The position numbers and the translations under genes were made by a program. A stretch of DNA of 57,918 bases, the filler included, from Basidiobolus ranarum (taxonomy: Eukaryota): the NCBI GenBank assembly GCA_040143965.1. It is 6 parts of 6 records of this genome, joined end to end, with 100 filler letters (N's around TTAATTAATTAA, not from the genome) between each part and the next. Parts side by side here need not be neighbours in the genome. Positions count along the whole stretch, not along the records: positions 19,357 to 28,927 come from JASJQH010000807.1; positions 29,028 to 38,594 come from JASJQH010000808.1; 4 more parts are not named here. One strand, 5' to 3'. Shown here piece after piece: positions 22,512 through 33,514 of this stretch (position 1 is its first letter; the number at the start of each line of letters is the position of its first letter). The notes below the pieces were generated by a model that saw only the letters and a program-made list of their open reading frames with translations, had not been told where the DNA came from and did not search any database.

Positions 22512-23442
22512 ATGGAATCTACTCAAAAACCCAAAGCTCCTTCGTCTAATGCAGGTAACTCTCAAGTTTTCTTTATTATATACAATAACACTTCCATAAT
22601 GCTAAGATTGTATCAGGACAGTACCAAAACTCACAACCTACTACTCAAAACTCTTCTGAGTGGGTACTTGGTATGAGAGTACGAGTCAAAACGGTAACCG
22701 ACGAAGAGTATGAAGGCCAGATATACACTTACGATCCAATTACTAATTGTGTTGTACTTCATATCCTTTTGATTGTTGAATGTATATTCTATTGGGTTCA
22801 TCTCACTTTATTTTTGAACAAATCGTTATATAACCTCTTAACTCTAGCATTACAATGTTCAGCTAAGCCAGTAGAATCTTCTTTACTCAAGATATTCCAA
22901 TCCACCGCTTCTCGTTATGACTTCCGTATTCTCAAGATAAGTCACCTTAAAGATATTTCCTATCTTGAATCAAATGAGGAGAAGAAAAATGAGGACAACC
23001 AACCAGTTGTTGGCTTCGCCAATATTGATAAAATCAACACACGTCAAACACAAGCTTTTCGTGAAACTCAAGCCAACATCGCAAGGATCGGTGTGGGCGT
23101 GAGCCAAGAAGGGCAAGATATCTTTGATGCCCTTAGCAAAACGTGAGTTTCTTCAAGTGAGCAAGTATTCATGGAGTTACTTGCTAAACTTTCTTTATTA
23201 TTAAGGTTACCTTGTCATTGGTATAAAAACCAGATCATAGTTTTGGAAGAAGTATCAATCAGCCCACCATATGATGTTGATAATTGCAAACCTTTACGTG
23301 AGCAATCTAGCTCTTTAAATAGGGTTGTACGAGTGGTATGTTTGTAGTTTGCTTAATCCATGCAATTCTTTGACTCGATTTTAACTCATATTTATCCTCG
23401 AAGTTAGAAGGAGAGAGACGTCGTTTGGGACTTGGTAAATGA
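22512..23442 (+). CDS. LSM12: LSM12-like protein (Lsm domain + anticodon-binding AD domain), 5 exons including one U12 AT-AC intron
   Basis: Exons 22512-22554, 22617-22760, 22854-23142, 23206-23335, 23404-23442. Reads WVLGMRVRVKT..EYEGQIYTYDP, DFRILKISHLKDI, IGVGVSQEGQDIFDALSKTLPCHW..IIVLEEVSISPPY..RVVRVLEGERRRL. Confidence 0.88.
22761..22853 (+). other. U12-type (minor spliceosome) AT-AC intron, 93 nt
   Basis: 5' splice site ATATCCTTT. Branch-like CCTCTTAAC lies 11 nt before the end of the terminal AC. Removal restores VL-Q-CS in frame. Confidence 0.88.
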
Positions 23443-23923
23443 TAATAAAATGATGAACAGTTTACTTTCCATTTGTATTTACATTAGATATATGTAACTT
23501 CGCTCTACTTACAAACGCACGTTATGTTGAAATGAGGGTTTAATATAGCAGTTATACTTATTCCACTCTCATATTATACTATCGAGAAGGCTTGGCAATC
23601 TCTGATGTTATCTTGTGATGTAGATCTCGGATAACTATAAACCTGTGACATTTTAATAACTTGACAACTATTTTACCCATAATCCTGGCTATGTTCTATT
23701 TACTAGTAGGTGTAATCTAAATGCGTGCTCAGGATAAGTAACTCTCGTGGTTCAGTAATAATGACTCAAATTGATTATCTGGGTGGGGACCAATGGTGTC
23801 TCAGGAGACTATTTAATGTTAAATGCATTCTAGAATTTAAAATCGGAGCCATAAAAATGCAGCAACGTAGACATGCTGACGTGAAATACAACGGAGTTCA
23901 TTAAATCCAAGGTTGATTCAAGT

Positions 23924-24731
23924 ATGTCAGAAGGTGTAGCATATCAAGCAGGTGCTATTTGGTCTTTATTCTTGGGGGATTATGACGGTGAAACAAAGAT
24001 AAAGAAGTTGTTGGAACATGGAGATTTCGGTATTGGAACTTTTCAGGTATTTGAGTCGGAACTTGGATATATTCTCTCATTTATTTATCTTTGGTTCGTT
24101 GTACTAGGGACTGGACGGCGAGTTAGTGGCCTTGGACTCCAAGATATATCAGGTCCCTGCTACTGGGTGTGCACTTGACGTTACCAACCAAGAGAATACA
24201 GTCCCTTTTGCGGTTTTTACCAAATTTGATAATACAGTCAAACCAACTGAACACTCTTCCACTGCTTCCAGTTTCCAAGAATTTGAAAAAATTATGGACG
24301 AACTTATATTGAAGGAACATGAGTCTTTGAATTACTTCTACTTTATTAGAGTGGACGGTACTTTCCCAACCATGAAAGTACGTTCGTTGCAAAAGCAAGT
24401 ACGTCCATACCAGAGACTCTCGGAAATACAGAAAAAATCCCAAGTGGAATTCACTTATGAACATACCAAAGGTACTCTAGTTATCACCCGTTTCCCGACT
24501 TATCTTAAAACATTGACCGTACCGGGATACCATATCCACTATATCGATGATGAAAGAACTATTGGTGGTCATGTTCTTGGTTTTTCTATGTCTCAAACTG
24601 CTCAAATTCGTATCGTTCAATGTAAGAAGTTTAACTTGGATTTAAATGAAACAGTAGATTTTGGAAAGCTTGCTACTGATGAAGCCACTCTTGATGGCGA
24701 TTTGGTTAACATTGAAGGTGACCGAAAATAA
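23924..24731 (+). CDS. Alpha-acetolactate decarboxylase (AlsD/BudA family), intron 24047-24107
   Basis: HGDFGIGTFQ|GLDGELVALD, PFAV, RVDGTF..MKVRS, GTLV, PGYHIHYI..RTIGGHVL (Zn-binding His motifs). Confidence 0.92.
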
Positions 24732-25148
24732 ACATTGAATGGTTCCTAGCCTGACCTAGGTTTTTCCATTTTTATATAGCAAACTAGTTTATTGAATGGT
24801 TTAAAGTAGCTCGAAATACCGCTTGAAACCGCTTGAATAATCGGATATGGTCTAAGTAGGTCAATTTTTAAACTAATCCAGTTACTACATTGATCAAGAT
24901 ACAGGTTCTCTCGTTCTCATCTCAAACGAGGCGCGAAGTTAATATTCTATTACTATTTTATAAATACTATGTAAAAAAGAGTCTATCTACTTTCAGCTGA
25001 ACCATAGATATTAAAGGTAAAGGTGGGTCAAATGGTACGAAATAATGAAGCTAGCTGTAAGAAAGGAAGAGATACCATGGGGTATGTAGAGTTTAGGTAA
25101 TAAATATGATATGAAAACAAGAAATCCATTCTTTGGAGTGGCTATTAT

Positions 25149-26573
25149 CTATACATAATGCTCATCTCTACCTTCCCAGTCCACACGTTTTGATTTGGCC
25201 TGTGCAAGATAGCGAAGATAGGTGTTACGGAACATTAGCAATTTGATTTCTTCGACTGCCGGCTCGTACATATCTACAGTAAACTGATCCTTCTCTGCTT
25301 TCTTAAATAGTGCCTTTCGCGTGGCTGATTCCAAGTTCACCTGAAATTCTGCAGTGTTTTTGATGAAAGTATTGTACACTTCTCGAAGCTCTGGTATTAA
25401 GTCAATCTCTTGTCCACTTAAGCTTGCTTCACGGTAACTTAAAGTGATGTTACGACAGCGTTCAAAGAACAAAGTATTTTCAATGGTAAAATCGGATACA
25501 GTGAAAAGTTTGAAATTCTCAAAGTATATAGGGTTGCTTAAAAGTGACTCAAAGGCCTCCATACTAAACTCAGTTTCCAAAGAAGAGTGTCGAGTGGAGA
25601 AGAAGGGATAGCGGTAAGACTTGATTAGCGGATAAGTGACAGTAAAGAAGCTGGTCACTATTAGGGGAAGACCCCACCATAAACTATGCGGGATGTACTG
25701 ATTCAAGTTGATCTGCTCTTCGAAAAGCAGGGTTATGAGAAAAATGAAGAACCCGATGCCCGAAACAAGTGAAGTGATAACTAACTCCAAACGAATCCCG
25801 TAAGCGTCTCTGACTGACCATAGTTTGTAAATGAGAAATGGGAAAAAGATCAAGATATAGATACTTGCGAATATATCATGAGGTATATATTCCCAACCCT
25901 GCATACATTCTTCCGAGAAAGAATTCAAATCTATAGCAAATCGTGTACTCAACAATTGAACCACTAACACTTCGCCAAGATGAAACATCAATATAATTGA
26001 AATTACAGTCGATATATATTGACCAGACAGCATGTATCGACGACAGTAATACCAATTGTGGGCCAAGTCGTTCCCTTTGTACCCCTGCATTGGCGAAATA
26101 TCTTGAACAATAGAGCTTGGATTCGACGATTGACCCTGACAATCTGTTAGACCATGTAGTTCGTAGGCTGATCCATGGCTTTTCCTTCGATGCCCTGTGA
26201 AAAGTTTAATGATGGATTTTGGTCGGTATTCAGATTTTTCCGGTTGATTCAAAGCTACCGCAAGCCTCGCTTCACTGAATTGATAATAAAATAACAATCT
26301 CGAAGCACGAGCTAAGATTGTCAGGTAAAGAAGGGGCTGCCCTAATGAGGCGACCCATAGGTTCAAAAAACACGGGAGTCGATTGATAGGGAGTAACGCC
26401 ACGTAGTTAGTGATAAGAATTATGGAGGCGATAGCACTGATACATGTCAAACCTGGAGAGCGATACCTGATGGTATCTAGATGCCTCTTCTGCCAAAATA
26501 AAACCATTGCAATAAGGATGTGGACATTCCATATTGACGCTATCACAATGAGAGCAATATGCCCAGCCTGCAT
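25149..26573 (-). CDS. Multi-pass (7TM-like) protein with C-terminal RGS domain
   Basis: About 7 hydrophobic segments, IRYRSP, PCFLNLW, DAYGIRLEL. RGS core FKLFTVSDFTIENTLFFERC...YNTFI..AEFQVNL...LMFRNTYLRYL. Confidence 0.88.
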   Translation of the reverse strand: MQAGHIALIVIASIWNVHILIAMVLFWQKRHLDTIRYRSPGLTCISAIASIILITNYVALLPINRLPCFLNLWVASLGQPLLYLTILARASRLLFYYQFSEARLAVALNQPEKSEYRPKSIIKLFTGHRRKSHGSAYELHGLTDCQGQSSNPSSIVQDISPMQGYKGNDLAHNWYYCRRYMLSGQYISTVISIILMFHLGEVLVVQLLSTRFAIDLNSFSEECMQGWEYIPHDIFASIYILIFFPFLIYKLWSVRDAYGIRLELVITSLVSGIGFFIFLITLLFEEQINLNQYIPHSLWWGLPLIVTSFFTVTYPLIKSYRYPFFSTRHSSLETEFSMEAFESLLSNPIYFENFKLFTVSDFTIENTLFFERCRNITLSYREASLSGQEIDLIPELREVYNTFIKNTAEFQVNLESATRKALFKKAEKDQFTVDMYEPAVEEIKLLMFRNTYLRYLAQAKSKRVDWEGRDEHYV

Positions 26574-27605
26574 CGTAAAGTTTGTTTTGGGAGAAGGAAC
26601 AATAATCTCCTTTTTACCTTGAAATATTCTCTTCGTGGCCTCGTTTTAATAAAGCTTTTGTGAGACTACGATATCACATTTGTTATCCTTTGGATCTTGA
26701 TTTTACCACATTTCCAATCTTGCACTACATCCTTGACGTTTGTGGAACGAGATACACGGTGTGTGGTACATATTTATTCTTGAGCTATCGGGAAAGAGTA
26801 ATCGGCGAAAGGAATTTCAACTAGCAGATTCTGCTTGGTTATGAAGTCGTAAATAGCGAAACAGCTTCTTCAATGCGGCATTAGCAGCCGTTCGAAGGAG
26901 ATATTGAGGAAGGATAATCAAAGAAAATAGGACAGAATCAACCGAAGTAGTACAGTTCTCACAATTCAAATGAGTTCCCGTTTCCAACAGTAGATTATCA
27001 AACTTAAGCTACTACATTTAGACATTGCTCATCATTTGTCCACCATGAAACAGACACTTAAGGTGAAGAAACTAGTTATTCGTGTATAGTTCTGATCTAG
27101 ATTGATCAAACTGGCTGACTTGATAATATTGTTTAGTAAGCTATGGGTTTTCTGCAAGTCTCGGATTCCTTTGTTGAGTGACAGACCCTTGGTAGTAACT
27201 ACTGTACACAAATACTCTTAGCTTACAGGATAACCACTGTAGTAGTAGAGAACATGTTCGATGTCGAAGTTTAACATGCTATGAAAGACTCAGTACTACT
27301 TTGCCCATCGGTGAAACCAGCCGATATTATATGAACTAAATTTGCAGCCAAGATCCGGTGATAATCTAGTGAAAAGTACTTATTCTAAAATACATGGGGA
27401 GGTATAATTCTATATGGAATATGCAGGAGTTGGTGCTAGAGAGGAAATGCTTTTGTACTTAATGATCAGTGCTTTTAGACTATTGATACATTTTATTAGT
27501 ATATTGATCCAAGTGATAATTACAAGATGGGAAAAAGTCAAATAGTGAAGTCATATTATTAACGTTGGGAGATATTTTAGCCAAAAAGGATTTGCAAGTA
27601 ACGCT

Positions 27606-27923
27606 TTAGTTGCGAAGCATAGTTGGTGTCAGCGTAAACCGTAAAGTAACAACGTGATTGTTAAGGTTTTCTAATGGAAATCCACCTTCTAAAACTTGCT
27701 CAAAATCTGGTGATCTTCGCAGTACATCTAAGGCTTCATCCAGTGGGAACTGAAATTCCTTATCCTTGGCTAAACACGATTTTCGGGACTTTCGTACAAG
27801 CAGTTGAAGATGTTTACGGAATGGAAATTTTATCGCCATGCCTTTAGTTCTGGTGCTGTCTTCACTATGTCTATGCATTGATGGATGAAAGATTGGTAGA
27901 CAACTCAGCAACGTGCGCGCCAT
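27606..27923 (-). CDS. Small hypothetical protein
   Basis: 105-aa ATG ORF with no recognised motif. Confidence 0.35.
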   Translation of the reverse strand: MARTLLSCLPIFHPSMHRHSEDSTRTKGMAIKFPFRKHLQLLVRKSRKSCLAKDKEFQFPLDEALDVLRRSPDFEQVLEGGFPLENLNNHVVTLRFTLTPTMLRN

Positions 27924-28800
27924 TTATATACCTGACATGCGCAACAGCTAAACTCTAATGCACAAACCTGAATTCTTTCTCGCCACTCAAGAGATGTTTA
28001 AGGAGAAGGAACCCAGAAGTACCCCAACAACCAATAAAAAGATGCATAGATCTGTTGATCAATAAAGTGACAGTATTGGTCTGCTCTTAGAGAACAAGCT
28101 GCTACCATCCGTGTCGTGTGGCTAAGCAAGGAGCAGATCTAGTTGCTTTGACTTAGCACAATTGCTCACTGATAATTTACTGCCCTGAAATCATTTGACT
28201 GCATTGTCTAACTGGTCCTTAACTATGGATCTCGGTATATACAAGGCAGTCAAGAAACCATTCAGGGAGGTAACATGTCAGCAGGTTTTACCTGAAGGAC
28301 ATACGTTTCCTTTCCTTTGAAAGCGGACCAATCACTAAGAGCTACACGACGATAACGCAAAGCAAATTAGGTATGAAATTTGTGAATGTCAGTCGTAACT
28401 ACTCCGAGCCATGTTTAACCAGATGCAGATTAGTAACAACTATCGCAGCATCCAAGCCAAGCGTGGTTTCAAAAGACACTGCAATTGCATTGTTAAGTAG
28501 ATTCGTGTTGTAACACGAAAAATAGTAAGCAATTAAGAGTAACATTACTAATATGCTTATGGATACACCTTGTAAAAAGATAAGAACCAAGCAAAACCCT
28601 TTGGATAAATCGATGTTGAATACAACTAAAATTACTATGCTAGCTTGAACCACATTCTAGTTGACAACGATAAATAATCACTATATGTGATTTACTTGGC
28701 GGAGAACTTATTTTAGTACGACAGAAGCTTTATTACAACAAGATGTGTTTTTTCCACGGCTTTATTTACACTACATTGTATTATATCTGCCACAAGCCAT

Positions 28801-28927
28801 TCAGTTCTTCATGTAGTTGCGATTACGATCTTCTAACTTTGGATCGCTTACTGAGGGATTTTGTACTCGTCCTGCAGATCCACCTTCCTTTGGGTTCCCA
28901 TGTTCGTCAACATCAGCGAGTCTATGT
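28801..28927 (-). CDS. 3' end of an unidentified gene truncated by the linker
   Basis: Open coding-like frame HRLADVDEHGNPKEGGSAGRVQNPSVSDPKLEDRNRNYMKN* runs from the gap. Confidence 0.45.
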
Positions 28928-29027
28928 NNNNNNNNNNNNNNNNNNNNNNNNNNNNNNNNNNNNNNNNNNNNTTAATTAATTAANNNNNNNNNNNNNNNNN
29001 NNNNNNNNNNNNNNNNNNNNNNNNNNN
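28928..29027. other. Artificial contig linker
   Basis: N44-TTAATTAATTAA-N44. Confidence 0.98.
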
Positions 29028-29225
29028 AAGTTTGATGGTGAACACTTTCACCTTTGGAAGTTCAAGACCCAAATGTTGCTAGAAAACAAGGACCTTTGGG
29101 GATTTGTTACAGGAAAAGAAATAGAGCCAAAGGGACTCCCAGAAGCTATCCTTGCTTTCACAAAAAGCAGAGGAAAGCACTCTCTACACTTCGGCTACCT
29201 CTCAGAGATTCTCAATTGAGGCTAA
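29028..29225 (+). mobile_element. Copia gag fragment, near-identical inverted copy of ~31310-31505
   Basis: Both copies translate MEVQDPNVARKQGPLGICYRKRNRAKGTPRSYPC, on opposite strands. Confidence 0.85.
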
Positions 29226-31925
29226 TGCATTTATTTTCATAATCATTGGAAGTGTTCCAACATTTTTTTGGCTTATTAGTCCTTCTAGATGATCTTCTGA
29301 GTTCAGAATCATCCTTTGATGTAATAGGGACTGGAATTTTGGCTAAATAGGGCTCAGATACAGCTGGAATTTTGTCAGACACTTCCTGAATAGTGCTGAT
29401 TGTGCTTTCTGGATCAAGAACTAGGATTTGAGGTGAAAAATATGCTTTTTTATCAAAAATCACATCTCTGCACTTATTTAACATCTGATTTTTGGTATCA
29501 AACAGTCTCTATGCCCTAGAAGCATCACAGTAACTAAGAAATTAGCATTTTCTGCTTTTGGGTTCCAATTTAGAATGTTTATGAGCTGGAATTAGGCAAT
29601 ATGCTGAGTAACCAAAGATTCTAAGATAATCCACACTTGGTTTTGATCCATATAGGGCTTCAATGGAGTAAAATTTGTTAGCAATATTTTTGGGTCTCCA
29701 TTTTTGATATAGACTGCAGTGAGGACAGATTCAGCCTAAGATGGGTGATCAAACTTTTGATCATGTAACATTATCTTACCATCTCTACTTTGGTCCTATT
29801 AGCATGTTCTGCAACTCCATTTTGCTGTGAAGTATAAGGCACAGTAGTTTGTTGCTTAATTCCATGTTTGGAACAAAAACTGGCAAAGTCTTTAGAGCAG
29901 TATTCTCCACCATTATCACTCCATAGTGCCTACTTTTTTTGTGCTGACACTTTCTTAACCAATACTTTGTAAAGCTTAAATGTAGCTAAGGTTTTAGATT
30001 TTCATTGGAAATAGAATACCTAAATATATCTTGTTTTGTCAAAGATAAAGGTCAGAAAGTACCTTTTCCCACCTGATGAGACATCTTTCATGGGCCCACA
30101 TAGGTCAGAATGAATCAGGGCAAAATATTTTGTAGATTTGTTCTTTCCAGACCTGAAAATGGCTGTCTGTGATGTTTTCCATATATGCAACCTTTACACA
30201 GATCCAATTTAGTGATATTTAAAATTTCTAAGCCTGAGACAAGCAGATTCTGGATCATTAGGGTCATTGTTGTTCCCCAATCAGGCCTAATCTTCTATGC
30301 CTTGTTCGACAGCTCATTTTGCAAGTTTTGGCCAAGTTTGCATTCTTGAAATGCAATTTGTTGATTTCCAGCTTATATGAGTTTTGAGTTCTGATCCCAG
30401 TAGCTAATTTGGTATTATTCTGATCTGTGATAGTGCATGCAGTCTTGCTGAAAATGATACTTGGTCCTTGAGTTGTTGCCTGGCTTACTGAGAGTAGATT
30501 CTTGGCTATATTTGGTACATAGAGTATATCATCCAATTTTGCAAACAGTGTAGCTGATTATTGATCTAGATTCTGTAAAACTGTGCCCTAACCAACTGAA
30601 TCTAGTGCAGAGTATTCACCTAAGTAGACTTTCCTTGGTTGGATTTGTTTTAAGCTGGAAAACCAATCTTTCTTATTTGACATATAATGGGAAACTCCTG
30701 GATCAATGTGCCATGTGTCTGAGTCTTCTTTAATGGTTACTGATAGGGCTGACCCAAATAGACAAACCATATGAGTAATTACTTGATTTCCTTGTTCTGA
30801 TTTTAGCTTTTTGCTAAAAATCCTTTTTCTACAATTTTTGATCAAATGGCCTGTTTCTTGCAATACTTGCAGATGATTGAGATCTTATTAGGGGCTGCAT
30901 TACTGAAGGCTGTTGGACATTTGATAGCTCCGCAAAATACTTGTTCTGCATTATTTTGTTCAGAATTGGCTCTCATTAATTCCTCATTCAAAAGCCAAGC
31001 ACCAACATATTCCATCGCTAATGACTCTGATCTTTATTCTAGGGCAATTGTGAGGTTCCCAAACTCATCTGGCAGGCTCCCAAGTAGTGTCATGATTAAG
31101 TCATCTTCATATAGAGGTGCACCAATTGATGAGAGCTGATTTGCAAGAGCATTTATCCAATTTATAAGATTAAGCATAGAATCATTGTAATTCATCTGAA
31201 TTAAGAATAACTTTCACCTAAGGTATAGTCTATTTGCAAGACTCTTAGTCTCATATAGTCCCTCATTTGTTTCCCAAGCATTTTGGATCTATTTAGCTGA
31301 TTTTATTTGTCTTAATGGAGAGTGTCTGAGATGTAGACAAAGTGTAGAGAGTGCTTTCCTCTGCTTTTTGTGAGAGGCAAGGATAGCTTCTGGGAGTCCC
31401 TTTAGCTCTATTTCTTTTCCTGTAACAAATCCCCAAAGGTCCTTGTTTTCTAGCAACATTTGGGTCTTGAACTTCCAAAGGTGAAAGTGTTCACCATCAA
31501 ACTTCTATGTGGATGCAAAGCATTGGTAATAGTACTGGTAGATATTCCTTCAATAGCTAGCTTGCAATCATAACCTGATAAAAGTGTTTAGGGGATTTGG
31601 AAGTGTTTTGGCAAAGATTTGGAATTGAAAATTAGACATTTAAGTTTCATTGAGTTGAATATGTGCTATTTATAGCTTACTTTGAAATAGGACTATTGGA
31701 CATGCTTAGATCATAACAAACATGCCTGTTGAGCTTGGGTGAAAATATGTGGTTATGAGAGAAGTTCTGATAGTATAGTGAAAATTGGTAAGCTGTTCAA
31801 ATTGATATTCCTATCAATTAGGGCAATAGACACACATTTTTGAATGGCAGAATTGAGTGCTAAATAATCAGTATATGAATAAACTAACTACATAATAATC
31901 AGTTGCTACTTATCTAATTTTGACA
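29226..31925 (-). mobile_element. Ty1/Copia 5' half (5'LTR 31576-31925, PBS, gag, protease, integrase), degenerate
   Basis: LTR is followed by TCA|GGTTATGA (Copia half-tRNA-Met-type PBS). Contains the zinc knuckle GHLIKNC, the protease-like WHIDPGVSHYM, ILYVPNIAKNLLSVSQ and RDVIFD. Confidence 0.9.
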
Positions 31926-33514
31926 GATGGAACCATACAAAGGTATAAAGCAAGATTAGTTGCAAAAAGTTATTTCCAGACTCTAGGAGTTGATTTTAAT
32001 AAAACTTTTGCTCCAGTAGCTAAGTTTAGCTCTATTAGATCAATCCTGGCACTCTCAGCTGTCCATAACCATGATTTAAATCAAACAATGTAAAAACAGT
32101 GTTTCTGAATGGAAATCTGGAACAAGATATCTATATGGAGCAACCAGATTGATTTGTTGACTTAAAGCATCCTGATATGGTCTGTAAGCTGCAAAAATTG
32201 CTCTATGGACTCAATCAAGCACCTAGGGCATGTTACACAAAGATAGATACCTGTTTGGAATCACTAGAATTCCAAAAATGCATAGCAGATCACAGAATTT
32301 ACATCACAACAACTGGAAATTGAAGCTTTATCTTGGCACTATATGTTGATGACTTGATCACAGCCACCAATGATCTAGAAGCACTTAATCAGACAAAGAG
32401 CAGCTTATCAAACCAGTTTCAGATCACCGATATGGGTGAATTAAGTTATTTTCTTGGAATCCAAATCAAGAGAGATAAGCCCAATCAGAAAATCATGCTG
32501 AATCAGTCTAGATACATCCTAGATATCCTCAAGTGCTTCAACATGGAAGCTAACAAACCTGTATCAATACCAATGGATCCAAACGTGAAATTAATCAAAA
32601 TTTCATCTGAATTGACCCATAATAACTCAAATCAAAGCCAGAAGTTCCTTTATCAATTCATGGTGGGTAGTTTAATGTATACAATAGTTGGAACACATCC
32701 ATACATGGCTGCAGCAATGGAACTTGTCAGCCAATAGCTCAAAAATCAAGGAACTGAGTACAAAACTGCAGTAAAATGAATATTAAGGTATTTTTGTTGC
32801 AAATTCCACTACAGAAGCAGAGTATATGGCTGCCTCGGCTATTACACAAGAAGATATGTGGTTAAGGAAGTTATTTACAGACTTTGGGTACATGCAAAAA
32901 CATGATATCACTGTATTTGAAGATAACCAAAGTTGTATTAGATTAGCCAAAAACCCTACATTTCATGCTCAAACAAATCATATGGATATTAGGTATCATT
33001 TTGTTAGAGAAGCAAAAGAGAATGATATAATTGAGCTTGTCTATTGCCCTTCCAAAGAAATGATTGCAGACATCTCAACCAAACCTTGAGCTAAAGCACA
33101 ATTTGAGTTATAAAGATATAATTTAGGTTTTAAGAGAAATACAAAATAATTAGTTGAGTGGGAATGTTGAAATTAGGTAAATAACAACTCTTTATTCAGT
33201 AGTTAGCTTATTCATATTCTGATTATTTAGCACTCAAATCTGTCATTGAAAAACATGTGTTTATTGCTCTAATTGATAGAAATATCAATTTGAGCATTTT
33301 ACAATTTTCACTATATTCTCCAAACTTCTCCAAATCACATCAAATATTCATCCATGCCTAACAGGCACGAATGTTATGATTCTAATAGGTTCAATAGTCC
33401 TACTTCACCGTAAAGTATAAATTGGACATATCAAATTCAATAAAACTGAAGTATCTAATTGACAATTCTAAATCTTGTCCAAAACACTTCCAAATCCCCT
33501 CAATACTTTTATCA
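31926..33514 (+). mobile_element. Ty1/Copia 3' half (RT-RNase H, PPT, 3'LTR 33165-33514), degenerate
   Basis: DGTIQRYKARLVAK, LYVDDL, FEDNQSCIRLAKNPTFHAQTNHMDIRYHFVRE. PPT-like GTTGAGTGGGAA, then TGTTGAAATT...TTTTATCA. Confidence 0.92.
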
